Shown here: positions 27,797 through 37,847 of the stretch, in pieces
How the letters are laid out: the number at the start of each line of letters is the position of its first letter
How positions within the stretch are numbered: the first letter of the stretch is position 1
Source: Candidatus Magasanikiibacteriota bacterium
GTDB lineage: Bacteria; Patescibacteriota; Patescibacteriia; Magasanikbacterales; UBA922
DNA: 64,000 nt
Assembly: GCA_041674805.1 (NCBI GenBank)
Contig: JBAYVA010000004.1
Location: forward strand, 30,069 to 94,068
Direction: 5' to 3'
Notes under the pieces: model-generated
What the model was told of the DNA's origin: nothing
The model's database searches: none
The model's input: only the letters and a program-made list of their open reading frames with translations
Position numbers and translations under genes: made by a program

Positions 27797-27819
27797 ACTA
27801 AATTTAAAATTATATTTAT

Positions 27820-28836
27820 ATGCGTAAAGCACTAATAACCGGTATCACCGGACAAGATGGATCTTATTTAGCAGAATTATTGCTAGAAAAAGGTTATGAA
27901 GTACATGGTATTATTCGTCGTTCTAGTAGTTTTAATACGGAAAGAATAGATCATATTTATCGTGATAAACATGAAAAAGGTGTTAAATTATTTTTGCATT
28001 ATGGTGATTTGACAGATAGTAGCAATGTTAGTCGTATTTTGGAAGAAGTAAAACCTGATGAAATATACAATTTGGGAGCACAGAGTCATGTGCGTGTAAG
28101 TTTTGATTTACCAGAGTACACAGCTGATGCTGATGGTTTGGGAACATTACGTTTACTTGATGCTATTCGTGACAAAGGTATGGATGTAAAATTTTATCAA
28201 GCAGGAAGTTCAGAAATGTTTGGCAAAGTTTTGGAAATTCCACAAAAGGAAACAACAGCATTTTATCCTCGTAGTCCATATGCTTGTGCCAAAGTTTATG
28301 CTCATCATATTGCTGTTAATTATCGTGAAAGTTACAATATGTTTGTTTGTAACGGAATACTATTTAATCATGAATCTCCTCGTCGTGGTGGCACTTTTGT
28401 TACCAAAAAAATTGTGGATGCTTTCAAAAATATCAAAGAAGGAAAACAAGAAAAATTGTATTTGGGTAATCTAGAAGCCAAGCGTGATTGGGGTTATGCT
28501 TGTGATTATGTAGAAGCTATGTGGATGATGCTTCAACAAAAAGAGGCTGATGATTATGTCATTGCTACTGGCGAAACTCATAGTGTGCGTGAATTTGTGG
28601 AGGAATCTGCTCCTTATTTTGGTTTTGCTATTGAGTGGAAGGGAAGTGGTATGAAAGAAAAAGGAATTGATAAAAATAGTGGTAAAGTTTTGATTGAAAT
28701 AGATGAACAATATTTTCGTCCAGCAGAAGTAGATTTGCTATTGGGAGATGCTAGTAAGGCTAAAGAAAAATTGAATTGGGTACCAAAAACTAAGTTCAAA
28801 GAGTTGGTGAGTATTATGTGTGAGGAAGAAAAATAA
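27820..28836 (+). CDS. gmd: GDP-mannose 4,6-dehydratase
   Basis: [42 protein letters not shown] is near-identical in pattern to E. coli Gmd. Confidence 0.9.
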   Translation: MRKALITGITGQDGSYLAELLLEKGYEVHGIIRRSSSFNTERIDHIYRDKHEKGVKLFLHYGDLTDSSNVSRILEEVKPDEIYNLGAQSHVRVSFDLPEYTADADGLGTLRLLDAIRDKGMDVKFYQAGSSEMFGKVLEIPQKETTAFYPRSPYACAKVYAHHIAVNYRESYNMFVCNGILFNHESPRRGGTFVTKKIVDAFKNIKEGKQEKLYLGNLEAKRDWGYACDYVEAMWMMLQQKEADDYVIATGETHSVREFVEESAPYFGFAIEWKGSGMKEKGIDKNSGKVLIEIDEQYFRPAEVDLLLGDASKAKEKLNWVPKTKFKELVSIMCEEEK

Positions 28837-28889
28837 ATTTGTTGGTTTTTAGAAATTATGTTATAATATTTTCATAAAAAAATAAATGT

Positions 28890-28906
28890 GAGCAGAGGAG
28901 GGGGAG
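28890..28906. repeat. GC-rich 17-mer GAGCAGAGGAGGGGGAG (copy 1 of 2)
   Basis: A second copy, GAGCAAAGGAGGGGGTG, lies at 62992-63008. Both sit in AT-rich intergenic DNA next to long inverted repeats. Confidence 0.5.
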
Positions 28907-28914
28907 TGTATTTA

Positions 28915-28983
28915 GTCCATAAAGTTTATAAAGTCTATAAAGTAAAAAGTTGTGATTTTACGGACTTTATAAACTTTATGGAC
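28915..28983. repeat. perfect 21-bp inverted repeat (GTCCATAAAGTTTATAAAGTC ... GACTTTATAAACTTTATGGAC) between gmd and fcl
   Basis: Arms at 28915-28935 and 28964-28983 are exact reverse complements, with a 28-bp spacer. A third half-site, ggactttatgaac, lies at 28997-29009. Confidence 0.7.
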
Positions 28984-29002
28984 TTTAAATTTTAAGGACT
29001 TT

Positions 29003-29959
29003 ATGAACTATTTATCAAAAATTTATGTAGCTGGACATAATGGAATGGTAGGTTCTGCTATTTTGCGTTTACTTGAAAAACAAGGTTATACAAATATTAT
29101 TATACGTACGAGAGAAGAACTTGATCTGACAAATCAGCAATCTGTGGCAGATTTTTTTGCAACAGAAAAACCAGAATATGTGATTCTGGCAGCTGCCAAA
29201 GTGGGGGGAATTATGGCCAACAATACTTACCCAGCAGATTTTCTCTATCAAAATTTACAAATTCAAAATAATGTAATTCACAATGCCTATTTGAGTGGCG
29301 TGAAGAAGTTGTTGTTTCTTGGATCTTCTTGTATTTATCCAAAGAATTGTCCGCAACCCATGAAAGAAGAATATTTATTGACTGGACTTTTGGAAGAGAC
29401 AAACGAACCTTATGCGATTGCCAAGATTGCGGGAATAAAAATGTGTCAAAGTTACAATAGACAATATGGCACAAATTTTATTGCGGTCATGCCGACCAAT
29501 CTTTATGGGGAGAATGATAATTTTGATTTGAATAATTCTCATGTTTTACCAGCTTTACTTCGCAAGTTTCACGAAGCAAAAATAAATAATTTGTCAGAAG
29601 TAGAAGTGTGGGGTACAGGTACACAAAGACGGGAATTTTTGTATGTGGATGATATGACGAAAGCTTGTCTTTTTGTCTTACAAAATTTTAGTCCAACTAA
29701 GGACCAAAATGAAAATGGCGATATATTTTTTAATATTGGGACTGGAATGGATCTTACTATTCTAGAATTAGCAGAAATGATCAAGAAAATAGTTGGTTTT
29801 GAAGGAAATATAGTTTTTGACACTACTAAACCTGATGGAACTTTGCAAAAACTCTTGGATGTAACAAAAATAAATAACTTAGGTTGGAAAGATGAAAGTA
29901 GTCTAGAAGAGGGTATAAAACAGGTTTATGATTGGTATTTGGACCGTATTGACACCTAG
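29003..29959 (+). CDS. fcl: GDP-L-fucose synthase (GDP-4-keto-6-deoxymannose 3,5-epimerase/4-reductase); a ColC-like alternative is possible
   Basis: IYVAGHNGMVGSAI, LAAAKVGGI.ANNTYPADF and NEPYAIAKIAGIK.C.SYNRQYG collinear with E. coli Fcl. Confidence 0.85.
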   Translation: MNYLSKIYVAGHNGMVGSAILRLLEKQGYTNIIIRTREELDLTNQQSVADFFATEKPEYVILAAAKVGGIMANNTYPADFLYQNLQIQNNVIHNAYLSGVKKLLFLGSSCIYPKNCPQPMKEEYLLTGLLEETNEPYAIAKIAGIKMCQSYNRQYGTNFIAVMPTNLYGENDNFDLNNSHVLPALLRKFHEAKINNLSEVEVWGTGTQRREFLYVDDMTKACLFVLQNFSPTKDQNENGDIFFNIGTGMDLTILELAEMIKKIVGFEGNIVFDTTKPDGTLQKLLDVTKINNLGWKDESSLEEGIKQVYDWYLDRIDT

Positions 29960-30062
29960 TGATACCATATGATAAAATTGTTATAGTTGTTTAATCACTA
30001 CGTTTGTTGTAATTTATTTTTTAATTATAACATTTATAATTCTTACAAACATCTATAATATT

Positions 30063-30308
30063 ATGTCTGAAATCAAGCCCAACGAAGTATATACAACTAC
30101 AGAAGCTCAAGATTTACTAAAAATTAGTAGTAGTACCATGAAACGCCTGCTTAAACAAGGTCTTATTCGTGCTAATAAGATTGGTAAACAATACAGAATT
30201 CTTGGTCATGAACTTTTGCGTTTGCTTTCGCCTGTTGTAGACCAAAGGGTCACTGATTTATATCAAAAGGTGAAGATAAAAACAATTGAGAAAATTGATA
30301 AATGGTAG
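30063..30308 (+). CDS. small helix-turn-helix DNA-binding protein (excisionase/MerR-like HTH_17)
   Basis: YTTTEAQDLLKISSSTMKRLLKQGLIRANKIGKQYRI pattern of excisionase-family HTH domains. Confidence 0.5.
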   Translation: MSEIKPNEVYTTTEAQDLLKISSSTMKRLLKQGLIRANKIGKQYRILGHELLRLLSPVVDQRVTDLYQKVKIKTIEKIDKW

Positions 30309-30391
30309 TAGTATTTATTTTTTTATTTAAGTAGCCTTTTGTGTAATAAAAATTATTAGTTTTTAGTTGGAATGATATAATTATAAAAGTT

Positions 30392-32212
30392 ATGAAAAAA
30401 ATAATTCAAAAATTTAATTTTTTATATAAAATTAATGATCTTTTCAATAAAAAAGAAAAAATACATTTTTTATTTGTTTTGATTTTGTCGATTATTTCGT
30501 CTTTATTTCAAGCTTTGGGAATTATTTCTATACTTCCTTTTATGAGTATAATAATGAATTCAGATTTAATATACTCAAATTTTTTTTATTTTTATGTTTA
30601 TAATTTATTTAATTTTACAAGTGAAGGTTCTTATATATTTTTTGTAGGTTTATTTGTTTTATCAATTATTATACTTGGTAATTTAATTTCAGCTTTAAAT
30701 ATTTGGGTTAAAACATCTTTCATTTGGGGTAAAGAGCATAAGTTGTCAGTTTCTTTGTTGAAAAAATATTTGTCTCTCCCTTACATTTATTTTTTGGATA
30801 GAAACACTGCAGATTTGGGGAAAAATATATTGGTTGAAGTTGGAAATCTTATGAATGGTTTTCTTTTTCCATTTTTAAGAATATTATCTGATATAATAAT
30901 GATTTTGGTTATTTTGGCAACTCTTCTTTTTGTTAATTTTAAAATTACTTTAATTGCCTCTGTTGTTTTGATAACAGCTTATGTCATAATATATATTATG
31001 ATTTCTTTTAAATTAAAGAGCAAGGGTGTAGAACGTTTAGAAGAAAATAAAAGACGTTTTGAAACAGCCAATGAGGCATTGGGTGGAATAAAGGATGTAA
31101 AGCTTCTGGGTAGAGAATTATATTTTTTACATAGATTTTCTAAACATTCTCATAAATATTCTCAACTTATTATGTGGAGTGATGTAGTTGGACAAACACC
31201 TCGATATATAATGGAGATCTTTGCCTTTGGTGGAGTTATTACGTTAATTTTGTTTCTGTTTTCTTCTGGTTTTTTGATAAATGAAATTATTCCTTTGGTT
31301 AGTTTTTTTGTTTTTGCTGGTTATCGCTTAATGCCAGCATTGCAAGATGCATTTAATTCTTTTACTGTTTTTCGGTTTAATAAGGTTGTTTTGGACAGTA
31401 TACATAAAGATATGTTGGAGGATGGTATATATAAAGAAAAAAAAATTCTTAATGAAGAAAATTTAAAATCTATGATTTTTGAAAATGAAGTAGCTTTAGA
31501 AAATATTAATTTTCATTATCCTAATACACACAAAAAAGTGTTGAATGGTATAAGTTTAAATATAAAAAAGAAAACCTCTATTGCTATTGTTGGGTCTACT
31601 GGTTCAGGAAAAACAACTTTAGTTGATATTATTTTAGGACTTTTGAGTCCTCAGGAGGGACAAATTAAAATTGATGGTGTAGAAATAAATTATTCTAATA
31701 TTAGAAATTGGCAGGCTAATTTGGGCTATGTTCCACAACAAATATATCTTTCTGATGATACTTTAACTAGAAATATTGCTTTTGGAGTGCCAGATCATTT
31801 GATTGATAATGAACAAGTTAAAATGGTGGCTAAGATGGCTAGTATTGATGATTTTATTGAGAATGATCTTAAGGATTCATATAATACTATTATCGGAGAG
31901 AGGGGGATTAGGTTGAGTGGTGGACAAAGACAAAGAATAGGTATCGCAAGAGCTTTATATAATGATCCTAAAGTTCTTGTATTTGATGAGGCTACTAGTT
32001 CTTTGGATAATGTGACAGAAGACGCCGTACTAGATTCTATAGAAAGAATTTCAAAGTTTAAAACTATGATAATAGTTGCACATAGATTAACAACCATTAA
32101 AAAATGTGATATTGTATATTTATTAGATAAAGGTAAGCTTGTGGCTAGCGGAACCTATGAAGATCTAATAAAGACAAATGATCAATTTAAAATTATGGCA
32201 AAGAAATTTTAA
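30392..32212 (+). CDS. ABC exporter, fused permease/ATP-binding protein (MsbA-like)
   Basis: Six N-terminal TM helices; Walker A GSTGSGKTT, signature LSGGQRQR, Walker B VLVFDEATS. Confidence 0.8.
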   Translation: MKKIIQKFNFLYKINDLFNKKEKIHFLFVLILSIISSLFQALGIISILPFMSIIMNSDLIYSNFFYFYVYNLFNFTSEGSYIFFVGLFVLSIIILGNLISALNIWVKTSFIWGKEHKLSVSLLKKYLSLPYIYFLDRNTADLGKNILVEVGNLMNGFLFPFLRILSDIIMILVILATLLFVNFKITLIASVVLITAYVIIYIMISFKLKSKGVERLEENKRRFETANEALGGIKDVKLLGRELYFLHRFSKHSHKYSQLIMWSDVVGQTPRYIMEIFAFGGVITLILFLFSSGFLINEIIPLVSFFVFAGYRLMPALQDAFNSFTVFRFNKVVLDSIHKDMLEDGIYKEKKILNEENLKSMIFENEVALENINFHYPNTHKKVLNGISLNIKKKTSIAIVGSTGSGKTTLVDIILGLLSPQEGQIKIDGVEINYSNIRNWQANLGYVPQQIYLSDDTLTRNIAFGVPDHLIDNEQVKMVAKMASIDDFIENDLKDSYNTIIGERGIRLSGGQRQRIGIARALYNDPKVLVFDEATSSLDNVTEDAVLDSIERISKFKTMIIVAHRLTTIKKCDIVYLLDKGKLVASGTYEDLIKTNDQFKIMAKKF

Positions 32213-32233
32213 AAAATAATTAAAATTAATTTT

Positions 32234-33010
32234 ATGAAAGTAGTTATATTATGTGGTGGTTTAGGAACCCGTTTAAAAGAAGAAACTGAATTTAGACCAA
32301 AGCCGATGGTCCCTATTGGTAATAAACCTATTTTGTGGCATATTATGAAGATATATGCTCACTATGGTTTTAGTGACTTTATTTTAGCTCTTGGTTATAA
32401 AGGTGATACAATCAAGGAGTATTTTAATAACTATGAGTTAATGAATAATGATGTGACTCTTGAGTTAGGTAGACCAGAAAATCGTATAGTTTACCAGAAT
32501 CATAAAGAGATTGGTTGGAAAGTTACTTTGGCTGATACAGGTCAGTATTCTTTAAAAGGAGCTAGACTAAAAAAACTGGAAAAATATATTGAAGATGATG
32601 AATTCATGGTGACTTATGGTGATGGTGTCGCAGATATTAATATTGAAGAGCTTTTAAAATTTCATCGTAGTCATGGAAAGATGGTAACTGTAACTGGTTC
32701 TATTCCTTCATCTCAATTTGGAAAATTAACTATACAAGAAAATGATACTGTGAATTTTAATGAAAAACCAAAAGCTGATTCATATATAAATGGTGGTTTT
32801 TTTGTTTTTAATAGATCAATTTTTGAATATCTTACGACTGAAGATAGTTGTGATTTAGAATATGGGGTTTTAGAAAAACTTTCCCAATCTGGTGAAATTA
32901 AAGTTTATAAGCATAATAATTTTTGGGCGAACATGGATACCTTTAGAGATATGGAATATTTGAATAAATTATGGAATGAAGGTAATGCAAAATGGAAAAT
33001 TTGGAGTTGA
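32234..33010 (+). CDS. rfbF: glucose-1-phosphate cytidylyltransferase
   Basis: MKVVILCGGLGTRLKEETEFRPKPMVPIGNKPILWHIMKIY collinear with Salmonella RfbF/DdhA. Confidence 0.85.
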   Translation: MKVVILCGGLGTRLKEETEFRPKPMVPIGNKPILWHIMKIYAHYGFSDFILALGYKGDTIKEYFNNYELMNNDVTLELGRPENRIVYQNHKEIGWKVTLADTGQYSLKGARLKKLEKYIEDDEFMVTYGDGVADINIEELLKFHRSHGKMVTVTGSIPSSQFGKLTIQENDTVNFNEKPKADSYINGGFFVFNRSIFEYLTTEDSCDLEYGVLEKLSQSGEIKVYKHNNFWANMDTFRDMEYLNKLWNEGNAKWKIWS

Positions 33011-33038
33011 AAAATGAGAAAATTAAAATGGCAAAAAT

Positions 33039-34091
33039 ATGGAAAATATTAAAAAAAGTTTTAAAAATAAAAAAATCCTAGTCACAGGTCATACTGGTTT
33101 TAAAGGATCCTGGCTTTCTCTTTGGCTCAAAGAACTAGGGGCGGATGTTAGTGGTTATTCTTTGCCACCAAAAAATAATCCTAATCTTTATTCTATTTTA
33201 AATTTAGATTTACCTGAAACTTTAGCTGATATTAATGATAAAAATTCTTTGTCTAGACATTTACAAAAGTATAAACCAGAAATAATTTTTCATTTAGCCG
33301 CACAACCTTTGGTTAGAGAGTCTTACAATGATCCTGTTGGTACTTTTCAGACAAATATTGCTGGTGTTTGGAATTTATTAGACTTGATTAAAAAAACTCC
33401 AAGTGTTAAAGTAGTTGTCGTAGTTACTACTGACAAATGTTACAAAAATAATGAAAATGGTGTTCCCTTTGTTGAAACGGATCCTTTGGGGGGGTATGAC
33501 CCCTACTCAGCCTCTAAAGCTTGTGTTGAAATAATTTGTGAGTCATGGAAATCATCATTTTTATCGGAACAAGGTGATCCTGTATTAGCTACTGTAAGAG
33601 CCGGTAATGTTATAGGTGGAGGAGATTGGTCTACTGATAGATTAATTCCTGATTGTATTAGATCTTTTATTTCCAATGAGTTTGTTAACATTAGATATCC
33701 AAATTCTGTAAGACCTTGGCAACATGTTTTAGAAGCTTTGTATGGATATATTATTTTAGCAGAAAAACTCTATAATTTTGGTAATAAATATTCTGGTGCT
33801 TGGAATTTTGGACCAAATATGGAAAATCAAGCAACAGTTGGTGATGTTGTTTCTATTGCTTCTGAATTATGGGGTACAAAAAACGTTTTTAAAAAACAAT
33901 CAATAAATAATCTTCATGAAGTTGAATTGCTTAGGTTGGACATTACTAAAGCTACTAAGGAATTAGATTGGAGACCACGTTGGGACATTAATCAGACATT
34001 ATCTGAAACAGTAGAATGGTATAAAAAATGGCATCAAGGTGATGACATGTTAATATATACAATAAATCAAATAAAAAAATATGGAATGTAA
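33039..34091 (+). CDS. rfbG: CDP-glucose 4,6-dehydratase
   Basis: ILVTGHTGFKGSWLSLWL and YSASKAC (YxxxK) SDR motifs, with RfbG-like length. Confidence 0.8.
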   Translation: MENIKKSFKNKKILVTGHTGFKGSWLSLWLKELGADVSGYSLPPKNNPNLYSILNLDLPETLADINDKNSLSRHLQKYKPEIIFHLAAQPLVRESYNDPVGTFQTNIAGVWNLLDLIKKTPSVKVVVVVTTDKCYKNNENGVPFVETDPLGGYDPYSASKACVEIICESWKSSFLSEQGDPVLATVRAGNVIGGGDWSTDRLIPDCIRSFISNEFVNIRYPNSVRPWQHVLEALYGYIILAEKLYNFGNKYSGAWNFGPNMENQATVGDVVSIASELWGTKNVFKKQSINNLHEVELLRLDITKATKELDWRPRWDINQTLSETVEWYKKWHQGDDMLIYTINQIKKYGM

Positions 34092-35292
34092 ATCTTGCAA
34101 GTCATTAATAATTGAATTTTTTTCTTTAGGCCAAATGCCTTTAGTTAATTCTTTTTTGAAAAAAGATGAGTTGTCTACAGAAGAAAAATTTGATTTGAGA
34201 GTTGGCTTTTGTACAAAGTGTTATCTTGTTCAATTAATTACGGTAGTACCTCCTGAAAGGTTGTTTAGAGATTATGTTTATTTTTCTTCTACGTCTAAGT
34301 CTTTTTTAGAACATTGTCAAGAAACTTCTGAATATTTAACAAAAAGATTGGGTTTGAATTCTAAAAGTTTAGTAATGGAGATAGCTAGTAATGATGGATC
34401 TCAATTAAAGTTTTTTAAAAATTTAGGTATTTCAATATTAGGAGTTGATCCTGCTATTAATATCTCAGAGATAGCAAATAAAAATGGGATCCCTACAATT
34501 CCAGAATTTTTTAATTATAATTTTGCTAAAAAATTAAAAGAAAATGATGGGATAGAAGCGGATCTAATTCTTGGAGCAAATGTTTTGGCACATGTACCTG
34601 AAATAGTTGATTTTGTTAAAGGTGTTAAGATTATTTTGAAACAAAATGGTACAGCTGTATTTGAGTTTCCTTATTTAAAGGGTTTGATAGAAAAAAAATT
34701 TGATACTATTTATCATGAACATGTTTATTATTATTCTCTAATAGCTTTAATAAATCTTTTTAATCAAGCTGATTTGGAAATTTATGATGTAGAAATAACC
34801 TCTATGCAAGGAGGATCCCTAGAAATTTTTGTTTCACATCCTGGTAGTTATAAAATAAGTAGTAATATTAAGAATTTAGTTGATAAAGAATTTGAATTTG
34901 GATTTGATAAAATTGAAACATATCAAAAAATAAACAGTGATGTTAAAAGTTTAAAAAAAGATCTTGTTTCTTTTCTTGATAAATTAAAAAAAGAAGGTCA
35001 TAAAATAGCTGCTTATAGTGCTCCAGCTAAAGGTAATATTCTTTTGAATTATTTTGGTATCAATAATAATTATATTGATTTCATAGTAGATAAATCGATA
35101 GCTAAACAGGGTTTATTCACACCTGGTACTCATTTAATGGTTTACTCACCTGAAAAAATTTATCAAGATAAACCAGATTATCTTTTAATTTTGTGTTGGA
35201 ACATAGCTGATGAAGTAATAGAACAATTAAATGAATATCAAAAAACTGGAGGTAAATTTATTATTCCAATACCAGATATAAAAGTAATATGA
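34081..35292 (+). CDS. NDP-hexose C-methyltransferase-like (zinc-ribbon + SAM MTase + C-methyltransferase C-domain)
   Basis: N-terminal CKSC...CTKC zinc ribbon, SAM motif I MEIASNDGS, and a TylC3/C-methyltransferase-like architecture. Confidence 0.55.
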   Translation: MECKSCKSLIIEFFSLGQMPLVNSFLKKDELSTEEKFDLRVGFCTKCYLVQLITVVPPERLFRDYVYFSSTSKSFLEHCQETSEYLTKRLGLNSKSLVMEIASNDGSQLKFFKNLGISILGVDPAINISEIANKNGIPTIPEFFNYNFAKKLKENDGIEADLILGANVLAHVPEIVDFVKGVKIILKQNGTAVFEFPYLKGLIEKKFDTIYHEHVYYYSLIALINLFNQADLEIYDVEITSMQGGSLEIFVSHPGSYKISSNIKNLVDKEFEFGFDKIETYQKINSDVKSLKKDLVSFLDKLKKEGHKIAAYSAPAKGNILLNYFGINNNYIDFIVDKSIAKQGLFTPGTHLMVYSPEKIYQDKPDYLLILCWNIADEVIEQLNEYQKTGGKFIIPIPDIKVI

Positions 35293-35822
35293 AGTTCAAA
35301 GAGACTAAATTAAAAGGTCTTTATATTATTGAGCCTGAACTTAAAATTGATGAAAGGGGCTATTTTATGAGGACTTTCTGTATAGAAGAATTAAAGAAAA
35401 ATGATCTACAATTTACAGTTACACAAGTAAATCAAACCTTAACAAAAAAAAAGGGGACTATTCGTGGAATGCATTTTCAAAAATCATCAAAAGCGGAAGA
35501 TAAAATTGTTCAATGTTTGCGAGGTGCTATATATGATGTTGCTATTGATTTGCGTGAAGATTCAATAACTTATGGTCAGTGGGTTGCTGAAGAATTAACA
35601 GAAAATAATAAAAAATTGTTTTTAATACCTAAAGGTTTTGCTCATGGTTTCCAAACATTAACTGATAATTGTGAACTTCAATATTTTATGTCGGAATACT
35701 ACTCACCGGAGTATGCATCTGGTGTACTTTGGAACGACCCACTTTTTGATATATCATGGCCAATAAAAAAAATATTTCTTTCAGAAAAAGATAAAAAGTG
35801 GAATTTATTAAAAAAAGTATGA
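35289..35822 (+). CDS. NDP-4-keto-6-deoxy-sugar 3,5-epimerase (RmlC-like cupin)
   Basis: RmlC-family pattern ...RGMHFQ... with His/Tyr catalytic context; ATGA overlap with the next gene. Confidence 0.7.
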   Translation: MKFKETKLKGLYIIEPELKIDERGYFMRTFCIEELKKNDLQFTVTQVNQTLTKKKGTIRGMHFQKSSKAEDKIVQCLRGAIYDVAIDLREDSITYGQWVAEELTENNKKLFLIPKGFAHGFQTLTDNCELQYFMSEYYSPEYASGVLWNDPLFDISWPIKKIFLSEKDKKWNLLKKV

Positions 35823-36691
35823 AAAGAATTTTATTGATAGGAAAATTTGGACAATTAGCTACTGAAATTATAAAACATTCTGTTTATTTTGATTTTGATG
35901 TTGTGAGTTTTAGTAAAGAGGAACTAGATGTCAGTGACATAATTCAAGTTGAAAAAAAAATAATTGAAATTAAACCAGATATATTAATTAACACTTCTGC
36001 CTATCATGTGGTAACAAATTGTGAAGAAAATCCAGCAGTTGCCATGGAAATTAATTTTATTGCTGTGAGAAATTTAGCTAAAATTTGTTTAGATCAAAAT
36101 ATTACCTTTGTTACTTATAGTACGGATTATGTTTTTGATGGCAAAAAAAAAGTACCTTATGAAGAAAATGATAGAACAAACCCACTTCAAACATATGGAT
36201 TTTCTAAACTTGCAGGGGAATATGCTGCTTTAAAAACTCATCCTGATAAAACATTTGTTATTAGAACTAGTGGTGTTTATGGAGGAAAAAATGGTAGTCA
36301 TGAAAAAAAAGGTAATTTTGTTTTAAATATTATTAAAGAGTTACAAGATAAAAATATTATTGAAGTTAGTTCTGAACAATTTGTTAGTCCTACTTATGCT
36401 GTTGATTTGAGTATTTCTACTTTAAAATTATTAAATAGTAATGCTGAAGCTGGTATATACCATTTGGTTAATGAAGGATTGTGTAGTTGGTATGAGTTTG
36501 CACAAGAAATTATTAAATTGTCTAAAATAAATAAAAAAATAAAACCTGTTGATAGAGGTGGCTTAACTAAAAAAATGAAACGTCCTAAATTTTCAGCTTT
36601 AAAAAATAGTAAAGCTAAGTCATTAGGTATAGAATTACCTCCTTGGCAGGAAGGTTTAAAAAAATATTTATATGATTTGTCCAATTTGTAA
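35819..36691 (+). CDS. NDP-4-keto-6-deoxy-sugar 4-reductase (RmlD-like)
   Basis: RmlD substrate-binding-domain pattern (LLIGKFGQLATEI; YSTDYVFDG; YGFSKLAGE). The start is taken at MKRIL, overlapping the upstream stop. Confidence 0.65.
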   Translation: MKRILLIGKFGQLATEIIKHSVYFDFDVVSFSKEELDVSDIIQVEKKIIEIKPDILINTSAYHVVTNCEENPAVAMEINFIAVRNLAKICLDQNITFVTYSTDYVFDGKKKVPYEENDRTNPLQTYGFSKLAGEYAALKTHPDKTFVIRTSGVYGGKNGSHEKKGNFVLNIIKELQDKNIIEVSSEQFVSPTYAVDLSISTLKLLNSNAEAGIYHLVNEGLCSWYEFAQEIIKLSKINKKIKPVDRGGLTKKMKRPKFSALKNSKAKSLGIELPPWQEGLKKYLYDLSNL

Positions 36692-37793
36692 AGATACTAA
36701 TCCACAATTTATTTTTAATTTTTTTGATAGTCCTGCAATGCAAAATAAATTGCACGTTACTCTTGAGAGTGCTTTGATGGAAGAAAAAGTTTCTGTTAAT
36801 CTTTATGGGTGTAATGAATGTGGTTTTGTTTTTAATGCGGATTTTATTGATAAAAAAACGGAATATTCTTCAATTTATGATAATACACAAGATGATTCTA
36901 TTTATTTTCAATCTTATTTGATTAAACTTGCAGAAAGACTTGATAAAAAATATCAGTTATTTGATAAAAAAGTGGTTGAAGTAGGATGCGGAAAGGGGCA
37001 TTTTATCAAAATTATTTATGATTTGGGTGTAAAAAATATTAGAGGCTATGACCCTTCATATATTGATTATAATAAAAATATTGATAGATTAGTAATAAAA
37101 AAATTTTTTGATGATAAAAATGTCGATGAAAAAGTTGATTTTATTATTTGTAGGCATGTTTTAGAACATATTAAAAATCCAGATTTGTTTGTATTCTCTA
37201 TTGAAAAATGTTTGAATGTTGGAGGTTCTATGTATTTTGAATTTCCTTCTTTAGAGTGGATTGTTAAAAATGAAGTTTTTTTTGATTTTTTTTATGAACA
37301 TTGTAATTATTTTTCAAAGAGATCATTATCTTTTTTGTTTAATAAAATAGGATTGGGTAATATAGTTTTTAACTATGGGCTTGATGGACAATATTTTCAA
37401 CTTGATATTAGCCGTGGAAAATGTAGTGACTTAAAATTATTAGATTTGATTAATTTTGATGATATTTCTAATTTTTTATCTAATAAGATAAATGAATATA
37501 AAAAAATGGTTGAAGAAATGGGTACTTTTATTGTATGGGGTGCTGGGGCAAAAGGGGTTACATTTCTTAATAGGCTAAATATTTCTGTTGAAAAATGTCA
37601 GTATGTTATAGATATTAATTTAAATAAACAGAATAAGTTTATTCCTATAACAGGTCAAGAAATAGTTTCACCTAAGATTCTTAAAAAAATAGATGTTAAT
37701 ACTATTATTGTTATGAATCCTGTATATGAAGAGGAAATTAAAAAAATGGCATCTTCTTTTGGTTATAATGGAAAATTTATTTTATTGCATTAG
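36672..37793 (+). CDS. second C-methyltransferase-like protein (zinc ribbon + SAM MTase)
   Basis: CPICK...CNECGF zinc ribbon; SAM motif VVEVGCGKGHF. Confidence 0.5.
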   Translation: MICPICKDTNPQFIFNFFDSPAMQNKLHVTLESALMEEKVSVNLYGCNECGFVFNADFIDKKTEYSSIYDNTQDDSIYFQSYLIKLAERLDKKYQLFDKKVVEVGCGKGHFIKIIYDLGVKNIRGYDPSYIDYNKNIDRLVIKKFFDDKNVDEKVDFIICRHVLEHIKNPDLFVFSIEKCLNVGGSMYFEFPSLEWIVKNEVFFDFFYEHCNYFSKRSLSFLFNKIGLGNIVFNYGLDGQYFQLDISRGKCSDLKLLDLINFDDISNFLSNKINEYKKMVEEMGTFIVWGAGAKGVTFLNRLNISVEKCQYVIDINLNKQNKFIPITGQEIVSPKILKKIDVNTIIVMNPVYEEEIKKMASSFGYNGKFILLH

Positions 37794-37847
37794 TTAATAT
37801 TTTTTTTATATTAAATAAGTTGAATTATTAATAATAATTTTTAAATT

